DNA of 64,000 nucleotides from an uncultured Clostridium sp. (GTDB lineage Bacteria > Bacillota > Clostridia > TANB77 > CAG-508). The stretch covers positions 3,284-67,283 of the forward strand of contig CAOJKP010000006.1 in assembly GCA_948438085.1 (NCBI GenBank), given 5' to 3'. Below are positions 45,534 through 55,410 of this stretch, in pieces. Each line of letters begins with the position of its first letter. Position 1 is the stretch's first letter. The position numbers and the translations under genes are program-made. The notes below the pieces were generated by a model. That model searched no databases. It was not told where the DNA came from and saw only the letters and a program-made list of their open reading frames with translations.

Positions 45534-46409
45534 TTATTTTTTTAAAATAATTTGAGATTTATTATTGTTTCTATTACTATCTAAATATCTAATATTATTC
45601 ATATTTTGCTGTGTTAGTTTTGATATACTTTTTTGTGTATTTGAAATTTCTTCTACAATGTTTTTATTAGATTTATAATAATACTTATCATCATCGTCTT
45701 CTTCAAATTCATCTTCATCATCGTCTTCTTCTTTTTCTTGTTTATTATCATATACATTTCTCATTCTTTGCAAATTGTCATATACTATGTTGGATGAATT
45801 ATTATCGTCTATTTCTTTTCTGTTTTTTCTATTTTTAAAATACATATAAATATCATAAATTACATTTTTTATATATGTTATTATTACTAAACAAATACAA
45901 ATACATACTCCAAATGCTATTGGATATCCCATATCTTTTTTATGATTAATGTTATATGGCTCTTTTGGTACCTCTGCTCTTTGTATTGTATTGCTATTAT
46001 CTGTAAATGATTCTTTATATTTTTCTTTTAATTTATTTATTATTTCATTTGCTATTATAGTTGCTCTAGAGTTGTTTTCATCTTTTACACTAATTTCTAT
46101 AGATTTTGTATTACTATCAATACTAGTTGATATTGAATCTAACATTTTTTCAGTTGATATTTCTAAATTATAGTTTTCTATTATTTGATTTAACATCTCT
46201 TCGTTTTTTATTTGTCTTGCATATATACTTAAAATTGTATTTGATTTTGTTTCTAATATTATTTTACTTGTTGCAATATACATTGGAGTTTTATAATAAT
46301 AACTATAAAAGAAACTTGAAGTTATACAAAACAATAATATTAATAATATATAAATTTTAATACTTGATAGTGTTCTTCTTAATCTGCTTTTTTCCACTAT
46401 TATTACCAC
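45534..46409 (-). CDS. Wzz/CpsC-like chain-length-determinant family protein with an acidic, Tyr-containing cytoplasmic tail
   Basis: TM helix, then 'YKTPMYIATSKIILE' (Wzz motif), a second TM helix, then 'EEDDDEDEFEEDDDDKYYYK'. The start is uncertain (GTG at 46409 or 46397). Confidence 0.6.
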   Translation of the reverse strand: MVIIVEKSRLRRTLSSIKIYILLILLFCITSSFFYSYYYKTPMYIATSKIILETKSNTILSIYARQIKNEEMLNQIIENYNLEISTEKMLDSISTSIDSNTKSIEISVKDENNSRATIIANEIINKLKEKYKESFTDNSNTIQRAEVPKEPYNINHKKDMGYPIAFGVCICICLVIITYIKNVIYDIYMYFKNRKNRKEIDDNNSSNIVYDNLQRMRNVYDNKQEKEEDDDEDEFEEDDDDKYYYKSNKNIVEEISNTQKSISKLTQQNMNNIRYLDSNRNNNKSQIILKK

Positions 46410-46426
46410 CTTATTTAGTTTTAATT

Positions 46427-49072
46427 TTATCCCATTGCTAATATTTGTGATATTGGCTCATTATCTTGTAATAATTCTTGTTCTTGCAAAATATTTTGTT
46501 CTTTTTGCTTTTTAAATGAGAATAAACCTTTCATGTTTTCTTTCATTTTTCTTTCTTTAATTTTATTTTCTAGTATTCTATTTTGTAGTTCTTGGACTTT
46601 TGCTTCTTTGGCTTTATTTTCTAATTCTTTTCTAATAATTTCTTTTGGAGTTATTTCTTTATTAGCTGTAACTTTTATATCTGTTTCTTTGTTTATTTTT
46701 TTAACTGGTTGATTTACTTCTTTTGGCATTTCTACTATTTTTTCATTTACAGCTATTTTAGAATTATTTTTTTCTTGCTGTACGATATTAATGTGATCTT
46801 CAAACCTTATAATCTTAGCTTCTTTTTCTACATGATTATTTACATTTTCTTTTATAGGATTTTTTCCTTCAAATTGTCTTATTTTATTTTCTAGTGTATT
46901 TAAATATTGTTCTTGCCTACTTAATCTTTCTTCATAATATTTTCTCATCATTTTAAATTCTAATTTTAATGCTTCTATATTCATCTCATGCTCATTAATT
47001 AAATTGCTGGTATTTTCATTTTGTTGATTCATATTTTCTTTTATATTCTCAAGCTGTGTATTGTATTCTTCTAGATTTTCTTTTTGGTTTGTTATTTGGC
47101 TTGCTTGTTCTTCAACATTTTCTTTTATATTTAATATTTCATTTTCATGTTCTTCTATGTTTTCTTTTACATTTATTATTTCATCTTTTTGTTCTTTTAT
47201 GTTTTCTTTTACATTTATTATTTCATTTTCATGTTCTTCTATGTTTTCTTTTACATTTGTTATTTCATCCTTTTGTTCTTCTATGTCTCCTCTTACATTT
47301 GCTATTTTATATGTATTTTCCTGTATATCTTCTCTTACATTCGTTATTTCATGTTTATTTTCTTGTATATTTTCTCTTATATTTATTAAATCAATTTTGT
47401 TTTCTTGTATATCTTCTTTTACATGATTAATTTTATTTCTTAAATATTCTAAATCTTCTTTTCCATTTATTTTACTTTCTTGTATTGAAGTTGCCAAATT
47501 GTAATTTAATATTTCTATTTCATCAATTCTTTTTGATAATTCTTCTTGTTTTTCTTGAGTATTCTTGTTTTCCATTTGTTCTATTATTTGCTCTTCTATA
47601 GTTGGCTGTGGAGCAATATATTTTTCTACATATAAAGATACGTCTAATGATTTATCATATTGTACTTTTTCTGTTTCTTCATTGTCTAATGATATATTTA
47701 TTTGATTATTTGTTGTTGTTTTGTTATAGTATCTACTTTTATATTCTTTTTTACTTAATTCTTGTTTATTAATTATAACACCATCAATTGTTCCTCCACC
47801 TATTTCAATAGATTTTTTCAATTTTTGAAAATTATTTATTTTTGTACTATTATATGCTGCTACTAAGATTGTTTTATCTACTAATTTTGAAATAACTATA
47901 CTATCTGAAACTAACGAACATGGTGTCCCATCAATAATTATTACATCATATCTTGTTTTTAATGTTTCTATAAAGTCTTTCATTATATTTAAAGATAATA
48001 ATTCTGATTCATTTAATATCTTGGTTCCAGAAGTCATTACATGTAAATTTTTAAATCTTGTTTGTTCTATGTATTGATTTATATTAGCATTATACCCATA
48101 TTTTTTTAAATCTATTAAACATTCTGATAATCCATTCTTTTTGCTTAATTTAAATATTTTATCTATTCTTCCTTTTCTCATATCTGCATCTATTAAAAGT
48201 ACTTTATTATTTGATTTGGCTATTGTTAATGCTAAATTAGAAGATATAAAACTTTTTCCTTCGCCTGATGATGAACTCGTAATTAGTATTGCTTCTGACT
48301 TCTTTTCTCCTTTATTAAACATCATATTTGCTCTACATGTTTTAAATGCTTCTCCAACTGTAGATTTATATTGATTTGATACTATTAATTCATCACCTTT
48401 TATTTTATTTAAATGTGGTATTCCTGATATTACATGTAAATTTGTATAATTTTCTACATCTTTTTCGCATTTTATTGTGTTATCAAATATATAATTTATA
48501 AAAACTAAAATTGAAGATAATATTATTCCAATAAATATGGCTATTCCGCAATCTTTTGCAATATTCATGTTATATGGTTCATTGCTTACTTCTGCATAAT
48601 CCATTATATGTATATTATTCATATTATAAATTGATTTAATTTCTTGGGTAAATACATTTACTAGTTCATTTGTAATATTAGCTGCTAATTGATTATCTTC
48701 ATTAATTACACTTATCTTTATAACTTGTGTATTATTAGTTGCTTCTACTTTAATTAGTTTTTCTAATTCATTACTTGTTATTTTTAAATTAGCATTTTTT
48801 ATTACTTTATCTAGTGTTTTCTCTGTCTTTGCTATTCCAACATATGTTGATAATAGATTTTTATTAAGTAATATATCATTTTGTGTAATATTTGTTTGCT
48901 CTTTATTACTATTTTCATCTTGTGCTAATACTATTATAGCAGAAGAACTATACATTGGCGTTTTATAATATGTGTCATAAAAATATGTTGCACACAAGCA
49001 CCCCACTATTATTAATATGATGAAAATTTTCATATTTGAAATTGCCGTTATAAATCTTTTACCAAATAACAT
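46427..49072 (-). CDS. Fused Wzz domain and BY-type (CpsD/CapB-like) tyrosine kinase, with a ~420-aa C-terminal coiled-coil extension
   Basis: 'YKTPMYSSSAIIVL' (Wzz). Walker A 'SSSSGEGKS', A' 'LLIDADMRKGR', Walker B 'VIIIDGTP', and Tyr-rich 'KEYKSRYYNK'. About ten 14-aa repeats follow. Confidence 0.8.
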   Translation of the reverse strand: MLFGKRFITAISNMKIFIILIIVGCLCATYFYDTYYKTPMYSSSAIIVLAQDENSNKEQTNITQNDILLNKNLLSTYVGIAKTEKTLDKVIKNANLKITSNELEKLIKVEATNNTQVIKISVINEDNQLAANITNELVNVFTQEIKSIYNMNNIHIMDYAEVSNEPYNMNIAKDCGIAIFIGIILSSILVFINYIFDNTIKCEKDVENYTNLHVISGIPHLNKIKGDELIVSNQYKSTVGEAFKTCRANMMFNKGEKKSEAILITSSSSGEGKSFISSNLALTIAKSNNKVLLIDADMRKGRIDKIFKLSKKNGLSECLIDLKKYGYNANINQYIEQTRFKNLHVMTSGTKILNESELLSLNIMKDFIETLKTRYDVIIIDGTPCSLVSDSIVISKLVDKTILVAAYNSTKINNFQKLKKSIEIGGGTIDGVIINKQELSKKEYKSRYYNKTTTNNQINISLDNEETEKVQYDKSLDVSLYVEKYIAPQPTIEEQIIEQMENKNTQEKQEELSKRIDEIEILNYNLATSIQESKINGKEDLEYLRNKINHVKEDIQENKIDLINIRENIQENKHEITNVREDIQENTYKIANVRGDIEEQKDEITNVKENIEEHENEIINVKENIKEQKDEIINVKENIEEHENEILNIKENVEEQASQITNQKENLEEYNTQLENIKENMNQQNENTSNLINEHEMNIEALKLEFKMMRKYYEERLSRQEQYLNTLENKIRQFEGKNPIKENVNNHVEKEAKIIRFEDHINIVQQEKNNSKIAVNEKIVEMPKEVNQPVKKINKETDIKVTANKEITPKEIIRKELENKAKEAKVQELQNRILENKIKERKMKENMKGLFSFKKQKEQNILQEQELLQDNEPISQILAMG
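47031..47450 (-). repeat. About 10 tandem 42-bp repeats encoding N[VI][KR]E[ND]I[EQ]E..(N/D)EI. (14 aa, two heptads)
   Basis: Plus-strand units such as atgttttcttttacatttattatttcatctttttgttctttt recur with an exact 42-bp period from 47157. More diverged units flank them. Confidence 0.85.
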
Positions 49073-49309
49073 CTTACTTCCTCCGCTTTTGTATTTTTAT
49101 TATACCTTAAATATATTACAAATATTTTTCAATAGTCAATCATAGTAATATTACATATTATATAATATTACACTTTTTTATAAGTTATTGGTTACGGCTA
49201 TATAGTTTTTCTATTGTCATTTTATTTTTTTATATTTATATTACAATTTTGTTAAATAATCCTTGTCTTTTTTTATTTTTCTTAGGGAATGCATCATATT
49301 TATATTACA

Positions 49310-49340
49310 ATAAAGCGATAGAAAAATTCTATCGCTTTAT
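49310..49340 (-). terminator. Hairpin terminator after the ABC-F gene
   Basis: ataaagcgatag / ctatcgctttat stem. Confidence 0.6.
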
Positions 49341-49389
49341 TGTTTTGTTATTGAAAAGGTCAAAGAGTTTTAATCATGTCCCTTCTATT

Positions 49390-50970
49390 CTACTCAATTT
49401 CTAAATATTCATTGTATGTTACTTCTCTATCTACTAATTTGTCTTGCTTTATATCTATTATTCTATTGGCTACAGTTTGTGTTAATTGATGATCATGTGA
49501 TGTAAATAAAATATTTCCTTTAAATTTCTTCATTCCTTCGTTTACAGATGTAATTGATTCCATATCTAAGTGATTAGTTGGTTCATCTAGTATTAAAAAA
49601 TTTGCTCCTGATAACATCATTTTAGATAATACACATCTAACTTTTTCTCCACCTGATAATACATTTACCTTTTTTAGTGATTCTTCTCCTGAGAATAACA
49701 TTCGTCCTAAAAATCCTCTTATGTATGTTTCGTCTGGATCTTTTGAATATTGTCTTAGCCATTCTACTAATGTTAAGTCTTTATTAAATAAATAATTATT
49801 ATCTTTAGGAAAATACGTATTTGTTATTGTTGTTCCCCAAATTAATTCACCTTCATCTGGTTCGATTTCTCCCGATATTATTTGAAATAATACTGTTTTA
49901 GCGTTTTCATTATCTGCCAAAAATGCAATTTTATCTCCTTGTTTGACTGTAAATGATATATTATTTAATAATTTTTTTCCATCAATTGTTTTGGATATAT
50001 TCTTAACTTGCAATATCTCTTTTCCTGGTTCTCTATCTTCCTTAAAGTCTACATATGGATATTTTCTATTTGATGGTTTTATTTCCTCTAATTCTATTTT
50101 CTCTAATGATTTTTTTCTTGAAGTTGCCTGCTTTGATTTTGATGCGTTTGCACTAAATCTTGCAATAAAATCTTGTAATTCTTTTATTTTTTCTTCTTTT
50201 TTCTTATTTGCCTCTTTGGCTTGTTTTAGTGCAAGCTGACTTGATTCATACCAGAAATCATAGTTTCCTGGATATATCGTTATCTTTCCGAAATCTACGT
50301 CTGCAATGTGTGTACATACTTTATTTAAAAAATATCTATCATGAGATACAACAATTACTGTATTTTCAAAGTTGATTAAAAACTCTTGTAACCAATCTAT
50401 TGCTTTTAGGTCTAAGTCATTGGTTGGTTCATCTAACAATAATATATCTGGATTTCCAAATAAACTTTGTGCTAATAAAACTTTAACTTTATCTTTTGCT
50501 TCAATTTCTTTCATATAACTATAATGATTTTGCGATTCAATGCCTAGTTCATTTAGTAATTGAGCTGCATCTGATTCTGCATTCCACCCATCTAATTCTG
50601 CAAATTTTTCTTCCAATTTTGCAGCTTTCATTCCATCTTCTTCTGAAAAATCTGGTTTAGAATATAATTCTTCTTTTTCTTTCATTATTTTATATAATTC
50701 CGCATTTCCCATTATTACAGTATCAATTATTTTTTCTTCTTCATATGCAAAATGGTCTTGCTTTAGTACTGATATTCTTTCTGTTTTATCAATACTTACT
50801 TCTCCCTTACTAGGCTCTATCTCACCTGATAGCACTTTTAAAAAAGTAGATTTTCCTGCTCCATTTGCTCCTATTATTCCATAACAATTTCCTTTTCCAA
50901 ATCTTATATTTACATCTTCAAATAATACTCTTTTTCCAAATCTTACAGTTACACCATTTGTTACTAACAT
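49390..50970 (-). CDS. ABC-F family ATPase: two ABC cassettes, no TM domain
   Basis: Walker A 'GANGAGKST', Walker B 'LLLDEPTNDLD', a charged linker 'KQAKEANKKKEEKIKELQ', and a second signature 'LSGGEKVR' with 'LILDEPTNHLD'. Confidence 0.9.
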   Translation of the reverse strand: MLVTNGVTVRFGKRVLFEDVNIRFGKGNCYGIIGANGAGKSTFLKVLSGEIEPSKGEVSIDKTERISVLKQDHFAYEEEKIIDTVIMGNAELYKIMKEKEELYSKPDFSEEDGMKAAKLEEKFAELDGWNAESDAAQLLNELGIESQNHYSYMKEIEAKDKVKVLLAQSLFGNPDILLLDEPTNDLDLKAIDWLQEFLINFENTVIVVSHDRYFLNKVCTHIADVDFGKITIYPGNYDFWYESSQLALKQAKEANKKKEEKIKELQDFIARFSANASKSKQATSRKKSLEKIELEEIKPSNRKYPYVDFKEDREPGKEILQVKNISKTIDGKKLLNNISFTVKQGDKIAFLADNENAKTVLFQIISGEIEPDEGELIWGTTITNTYFPKDNNYLFNKDLTLVEWLRQYSKDPDETYIRGFLGRMLFSGEESLKKVNVLSGGEKVRCVLSKMMLSGANFLILDEPTNHLDMESITSVNEGMKKFKGNILFTSHDHQLTQTVANRIIDIKQDKLVDREVTYNEYLEIE

Positions 50971-51098
50971 ATTTCCTCCTTATTATGCTTTTTTTCGATT
51001 TATATATTATATAGTATTTCACTTATTTTTTCAACATTATTTAAGTTAATATATGTAGAATTTGCATTGAATATATATTCAATACAAATTTATATTTT

Positions 51099-51160
51099 AA
51101 ATAGATAATACATCCTAAATATTAGAATTTTATCTAACATTTAGGATGTATTATCTATTT
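51099..51160 (-). terminator. Long perfect AT-rich hairpin (22-bp stem, 18-nt loop) downstream of the DUF378 gene
   Basis: aaatagataatacatcctaaat ... atttaggatgtattatctattt. Confidence 0.6.
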
Positions 51161-51176
51161 ACCCTTATTTAATTTT

Positions 51177-51377
51177 TTATTCATTATCAAATAATAGTTT
51201 TATTGCCCATAATCCTGAAATACCTACTAAAGTATATATAATTCTTGAAATAATTGTCATATCTTCAAATATTGTTTCTACTAAATTAAAATTAAATAAT
51301 CCTATTAATCCCCAGTTTATAGCTCCAATTATTACTAATACCAACGCTATTTTATCTATAATCTTCATTTTTTTCAC
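51177..51377 (-). CDS. DUF378 small membrane protein
   Basis: 'LVIIGAINWGLIGLFNFNLV' is the DUF378 signature. Confidence 0.75.
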   Translation of the reverse strand: MKKMKIIDKIALVLVIIGAINWGLIGLFNFNLVETIFEDMTIISRIIYTLVGISGLWAIKLLFDNE

Positions 51378-51427
51378 TCCTTTTTATGTTTGATATTAGT
51401 ATATTTAATTTTTTTTTTATTATTCAT

Positions 51428-52390
51428 TTAATTTAATAAATCTCTTTTTTTCAAAATTAGAATAGTTATAATCGTTACTACTAAACATATTAGTAATAGT
51501 ATTATAAATCCATATGGATGGTCTTGTAATGGTACTGGTACATTCATTCCCCATAAACTAGAAATTAAAGTTGGTATTGCTAAAATTATTGTAATTGATG
51601 TTAATAATTTCATTACTCCATTTAGATTATTAGAAATTATAGATGCATACGCATCCATGGTACCATTCAAAATATCACTATATATCGTGCTCATTTCCAT
51701 TGCCTGTTTATTTTCAACTATTGCATCCTCAAGAATATCTTCATCTTCATCATATAACTTTATAATTTTTCCTCTTAGTGTTTTCTCCATTACAATTTCA
51801 TTTGATTTTAATGATGTTGTAAAATAAACAAGACTTTTTTCTAAATCTAATAATTTTAATAGTTCTTTATTTTTCATAGAATTTTGCAATGTCGATTCTG
51901 CAATTTGAGTTTCTTTATTTATCTGTTTTAAATAACTTAAATAATATGTTGCATTTGTTAACATTATTTGAAATATGAATCTACTTTTTTTATATGAGGA
52001 AAATGCCTTTATTCTCTTTTTTTCAAATGCATCTATTACAATACTTTTTTTTAATGATACTGTTATAAAAAAATCATCCCTTACAACAATCATCCCTAGT
52101 GGCATTGTTGTGTATATTTCACTTTTTTTATCTTTTTCTATTATCGGAACATCCACAATAAATAATGTTACTTCTCCTTCTTCGGAGTCTATTCTAGCTT
52201 TTTCTTCATAGTCTAATGAATATCGTATAAATTCCTCTTCTATTTTTACTTCTTTACATACCTTTTTAATTTCATCATCAGTTGGATTAACCATATTTAT
52301 CCAACTACCCTTTTTAAAATCTTTGGAAATTTTTAGTTCATTTGTTTCTACATCTGAATTATATACTTTTACCATTATTTTCACCTCCAA
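51428..52390 (-). CDS. corA: CorA-family magnesium/cobalt transporter
   Basis: C-terminal 'LISSLWGMNVPVP' (GMN motif) between two TM helices. The size is typical. Confidence 0.85.
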   Translation of the reverse strand: MEVKIMVKVYNSDVETNELKISKDFKKGSWINMVNPTDDEIKKVCKEVKIEEEFIRYSLDYEEKARIDSEEGEVTLFIVDVPIIEKDKKSEIYTTMPLGMIVVRDDFFITVSLKKSIVIDAFEKKRIKAFSSYKKSRFIFQIMLTNATYYLSYLKQINKETQIAESTLQNSMKNKELLKLLDLEKSLVYFTTSLKSNEIVMEKTLRGKIIKLYDEDEDILEDAIVENKQAMEMSTIYSDILNGTMDAYASIISNNLNGVMKLLTSITIILAIPTLISSLWGMNVPVPLQDHPYGFIILLLICLVVTIITILILKKRDLLN

Positions 52391-52473
52391 AAAAGTGGAT
52401 TATTCTGTTTTATAGTATTTATTTTCATTTAATATAATACTATTTTTATGTATTGTTGTCAATTTTTTAAGTT

Positions 52474-53253
52474 TTATTTATCTTCTTCTATAAATAATAT
52501 TTTTGCTATATATGGAGTAATTTCGTCTATTTCATACCATCCAGAACTTTTATATGTATTATCTAATCCGTTTGGATTTGATACATATACCATATTTTCT
52601 CCATCTGTTGCTAGTAAAACTATATAATGTGATGCTGTAGTCCATCTATTTTCATTTGGTTTATTCCAAACACATATAAGAATTGGTCTATTGGTTAATA
52701 GGTGATTTTTTATGTAATCATTACTTAAATACTTTCCACTATATAAAAAATCTGTATTTTTTATCTTAAATGTATCAGTCAATTCTTTTGAAATATTATT
52801 TCCATCTAACTTTGGATAATACTTTTTTCTTAAATCTTCTGGTGTATAGTTTTTATTATATCCACTTAGTATAATTGCCATTGCAGTTATAGAACAACCA
52901 TTATCTTCCATTACCCCATCCCAATACTTACTATTACTCCATGATGCTGTTCCATTTTGTTTATACTCTTTATATATTTTTTTATTTTTTTCAGTAGTTG
53001 TAAATGTTGTAAAATATCCGTCTTTATTATTTATTCTTTCTTGTCCTATTCCTTTATATTTACTGTTATAATCTTGTTTAATTATACTATATAAAGCATC
53101 TGATTTTTCTTCTACTGAAAAAATCTTTTCTACTCTTTTGTTTATGTTTATTGGATTATTATTAAAATATATAATACATGCTATTATAATAATTATTAAT
53201 ACTATCTTTTTTAAACTTCTTTTTTTATTATCTTTTTTCATTATTTTTAACAT
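52474..53253 (-). CDS. Membrane-anchored papain-like cysteine peptidase (C39-like domain)
   Basis: N-terminal TM helix, a 'DNGCSITAMAIILSGY' candidate Cys site, and 'ASHYIVLLATDGENMVYVSNP' candidate His site. Confidence 0.55.
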   Translation of the reverse strand: MLKIMKKDNKKRSLKKIVLIIIIIACIIYFNNNPININKRVEKIFSVEEKSDALYSIIKQDYNSKYKGIGQERINNKDGYFTTFTTTEKNKKIYKEYKQNGTASWSNSKYWDGVMEDNGCSITAMAIILSGYNKNYTPEDLRKKYYPKLDGNNISKELTDTFKIKNTDFLYSGKYLSNDYIKNHLLTNRPILICVWNKPNENRWTTASHYIVLLATDGENMVYVSNPNGLDNTYKSSGWYEIDEITPYIAKILFIEEDK

Positions 53254-53419
53254 TCCTTTCTAATTTACAAATTTCTTTCAATTTTTATCCATTTTTCTAT
53301 AATTATAAAAAAATTTTTTTATTTGTTTTTTAAGAATTTCTTAATAAAAACTTAATTTTTTCTTACATTTATAGAACAGTTGAATATTGATGTGTTATAA
53401 TAAAAAAAAGGATGATTAT

Positions 53420-54100
53420 ATGAATATTTTAATATTAGATGATGAAAAAGAGATTGCTGATTTAATAGAAGTTTATTTAACTAATGAGAAATATGTTGTA
53501 TATAAATTTTATGATTCTAATGATGCTATTAAATGCATAAATTCCCAGAAAATAGATTTAGCAGTACTTGATGTTATGATAAAAGATATTAATGGTTTTG
53601 AACTTTGTAAGTATATTAGAGATAAGGGGTTAACTTTTCCTATTATCATGCTTACCGCTAAAATTGAAAGTCAAGATAAAATTAATGGGCTTGCTCTTGG
53701 GGCAGATGATTACATAACTAAACCTTTTAACCCTTTAGAATTAATGGCAAGAATTAAATCAGCTTTACGAAGATATACAAATTATAATAATAAAAATAAT
53801 GAAAATATTATTGAAATAGATGGACTTGAAATTTATAAAGAAAAACATGTATGTATTTTAGAAAACAATGAAATTGATTTTACTCCATTAGAATTTGATA
53901 TTTTATTATATCTTGCTAATAACAGAGGAAATGTTGTTAGTTCTGAGGATTTATTTGAAAATGTATGGAAGGAAAAGTATTTAGATAGTAATAATACTGT
54001 AATGGTTCATATCCGAAGAATTCGTGAAAAATTGCATGAAGATACTAAAAAACCAAAATATATAAAAACTGTATGGGGAGTTGGATATAAAATTGAATGA
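53420..54100 (+). CDS. OmpR-family response regulator (VanR-like)
   Basis: AAGGATG RBS lies before the ATG at 53420; the track start at 53387 is upstream. 'ILILDDE...DLAVLDVMIKDINGF...LTAK' and 'VMVHIRRIREKL...VWGVGYK'. Confidence 0.85.
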   Translation: MNILILDDEKEIADLIEVYLTNEKYVVYKFYDSNDAIKCINSQKIDLAVLDVMIKDINGFELCKYIRDKGLTFPIIMLTAKIESQDKINGLALGADDYITKPFNPLELMARIKSALRRYTNYNNKNNENIIEIDGLEIYKEKHVCILENNEIDFTPLEFDILLYLANNRGNVVSSEDLFENVWKEKYLDSNNTVMVHIRRIREKLHEDTKKPKYIKTVWGVGYKIE

Positions 54101-55184
54101 GTTAAAAGAATTTAATCGTATAAAAACACAAATAGCTTTGTATTCCATTATTAAAATATTAGTATTTACAATTATTTCTATTTTATTAGTTTTATTATTA
54201 GTTGATAATATTTTTAACAATGATTTAGCAGAATTTTTAAGTACTTCTAATAATTCTTTTTATTTATTTTTGGTTAACTCAAAAACAGCAATTATATTAA
54301 TAGTTTGTTTAATATTAGAATTAATTGTAAGTTTTTTTGTTATTAAAAACACATTAAATAGTTTAATTTCTATAACTAATGCTGTAAATCTTATTATTAA
54401 GAACCCAGATTTGGAAGTAAAATTGGATTCTAATTTAGCAATAATTGAAAATAAATTAAATAATATTAGAATTAATATAATTAAGAGCAGAAACGAAGCG
54501 TTAGATGCTCAAAACAAGAAAAATGATTTAATAATGTATATGGCACATGATTTAAAAACACCTCTTACATCTGTTATTGGCTATTTGAATTTACTATCTG
54601 ATTCACCTAAGTTACCTGAAGATTTACAAAAAAAATATATAACTATAGCCTTAAATAAATCTTATAGATTAGAAGAATTAACAAACCAATTTTTTGAAAT
54701 TACAAGATATAATCTACAAGATATGCCTATTACTAAAAATAAATTAGATTTATCTTTTTTACTTGAACAACTTTTAGATGAGTGTTACCCAATGATGAAA
54801 GAAAAAAATTTAGATTTTACAATTTCAAAACCAAATTCTGTTTTATTTATGGGTGATGGTGATAAATTGGCTCGAGCATTTGGAAATCTTATTAAAAATG
54901 CTATTAGTTATAGTTATTCTAATTCCAAAATAGAAATATTGATACAAAAAACGAATAAAGATATAAAAATTATATTTAAAAACAAAGGTGACAAAATCCC
55001 AGAATATAAACTTGACAAACTTTTTGAGAAATTTTATCGTGCTGATGATTCAAGGAATAGTTCTACGGGTGGTACAGGTTTAGGCCTTGCAATTACTAAA
55101 CAAATAATAGAACTCCATAATGGAACCATTAGTGTAAAAAATGATAATGAATATATTGAATTCCATATATCTCTACCACAGTAA
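54081..55184 (+). CDS. Sensor histidine kinase (VanS-like)
   Basis: Two TM helices. H-box 'YMAHDLKTPLTSVIGYLNLL', N-box 'NLIKNAISYS', and 'GGTGLGLAITKQI'. The start codon is uncertain (TTG overlapping the regulator gene). Confidence 0.85.
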   Translation: MDIKLNELKEFNRIKTQIALYSIIKILVFTIISILLVLLLVDNIFNNDLAEFLSTSNNSFYLFLVNSKTAIILIVCLILELIVSFFVIKNTLNSLISITNAVNLIIKNPDLEVKLDSNLAIIENKLNNIRINIIKSRNEALDAQNKKNDLIMYMAHDLKTPLTSVIGYLNLLSDSPKLPEDLQKKYITIALNKSYRLEELTNQFFEITRYNLQDMPITKNKLDLSFLLEQLLDECYPMMKEKNLDFTISKPNSVLFMGDGDKLARAFGNLIKNAISYSYSNSKIEILIQKTNKDIKIIFKNKGDKIPEYKLDKLFEKFYRADDSRNSSTGGTGLGLAITKQIIELHNGTISVKNDNEYIEFHISLPQ

Positions 55185-55269
55185 CAATTTGAAAAAAATA
55201 AAAGCATCTCAAAATACACTAATATTAATTTGGGATACTTTTATTTTTTATTACATTTATATAATGTTT

Positions 55270-55345
55270 TGGTGGGCAACGAGGGGGTCGAACCCTCGAC
55301 CTTCTGATTAAGAGTCAGCTGCTCTACCAACTGAGCTAGTCACCC
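55270..55345 (-). tRNA. tRNA-Lys (anticodon CTT), CCA encoded
   Basis: Minus strand reads GGGTGACTAGCTCAGTTGGTAGAGCAGCTGACTCTTAATCAGAAGGTCGAGGGTTCGAACCCCTCGTTGCCCACCA. It folds as a cloverleaf, with anticodon loop CTCTTAA. Confidence 0.9.
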
Positions 55346-55410
55346 ATATCATTACTTTAGTTATTATAAAACGATTTAATCTAATTTGTCAATAGCAAAG
55401 GACGCAATTT

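Noticed and set aside
52391-52473. Possible Mg2+ (M-box) riboswitch upstream of corA, and likewise upstream of the CNNM gene
   Set aside because: The intergenic regions are about 80-140 nt, AT-rich and unstructured. They are far too short for an M-box and lack its conserved motifs.
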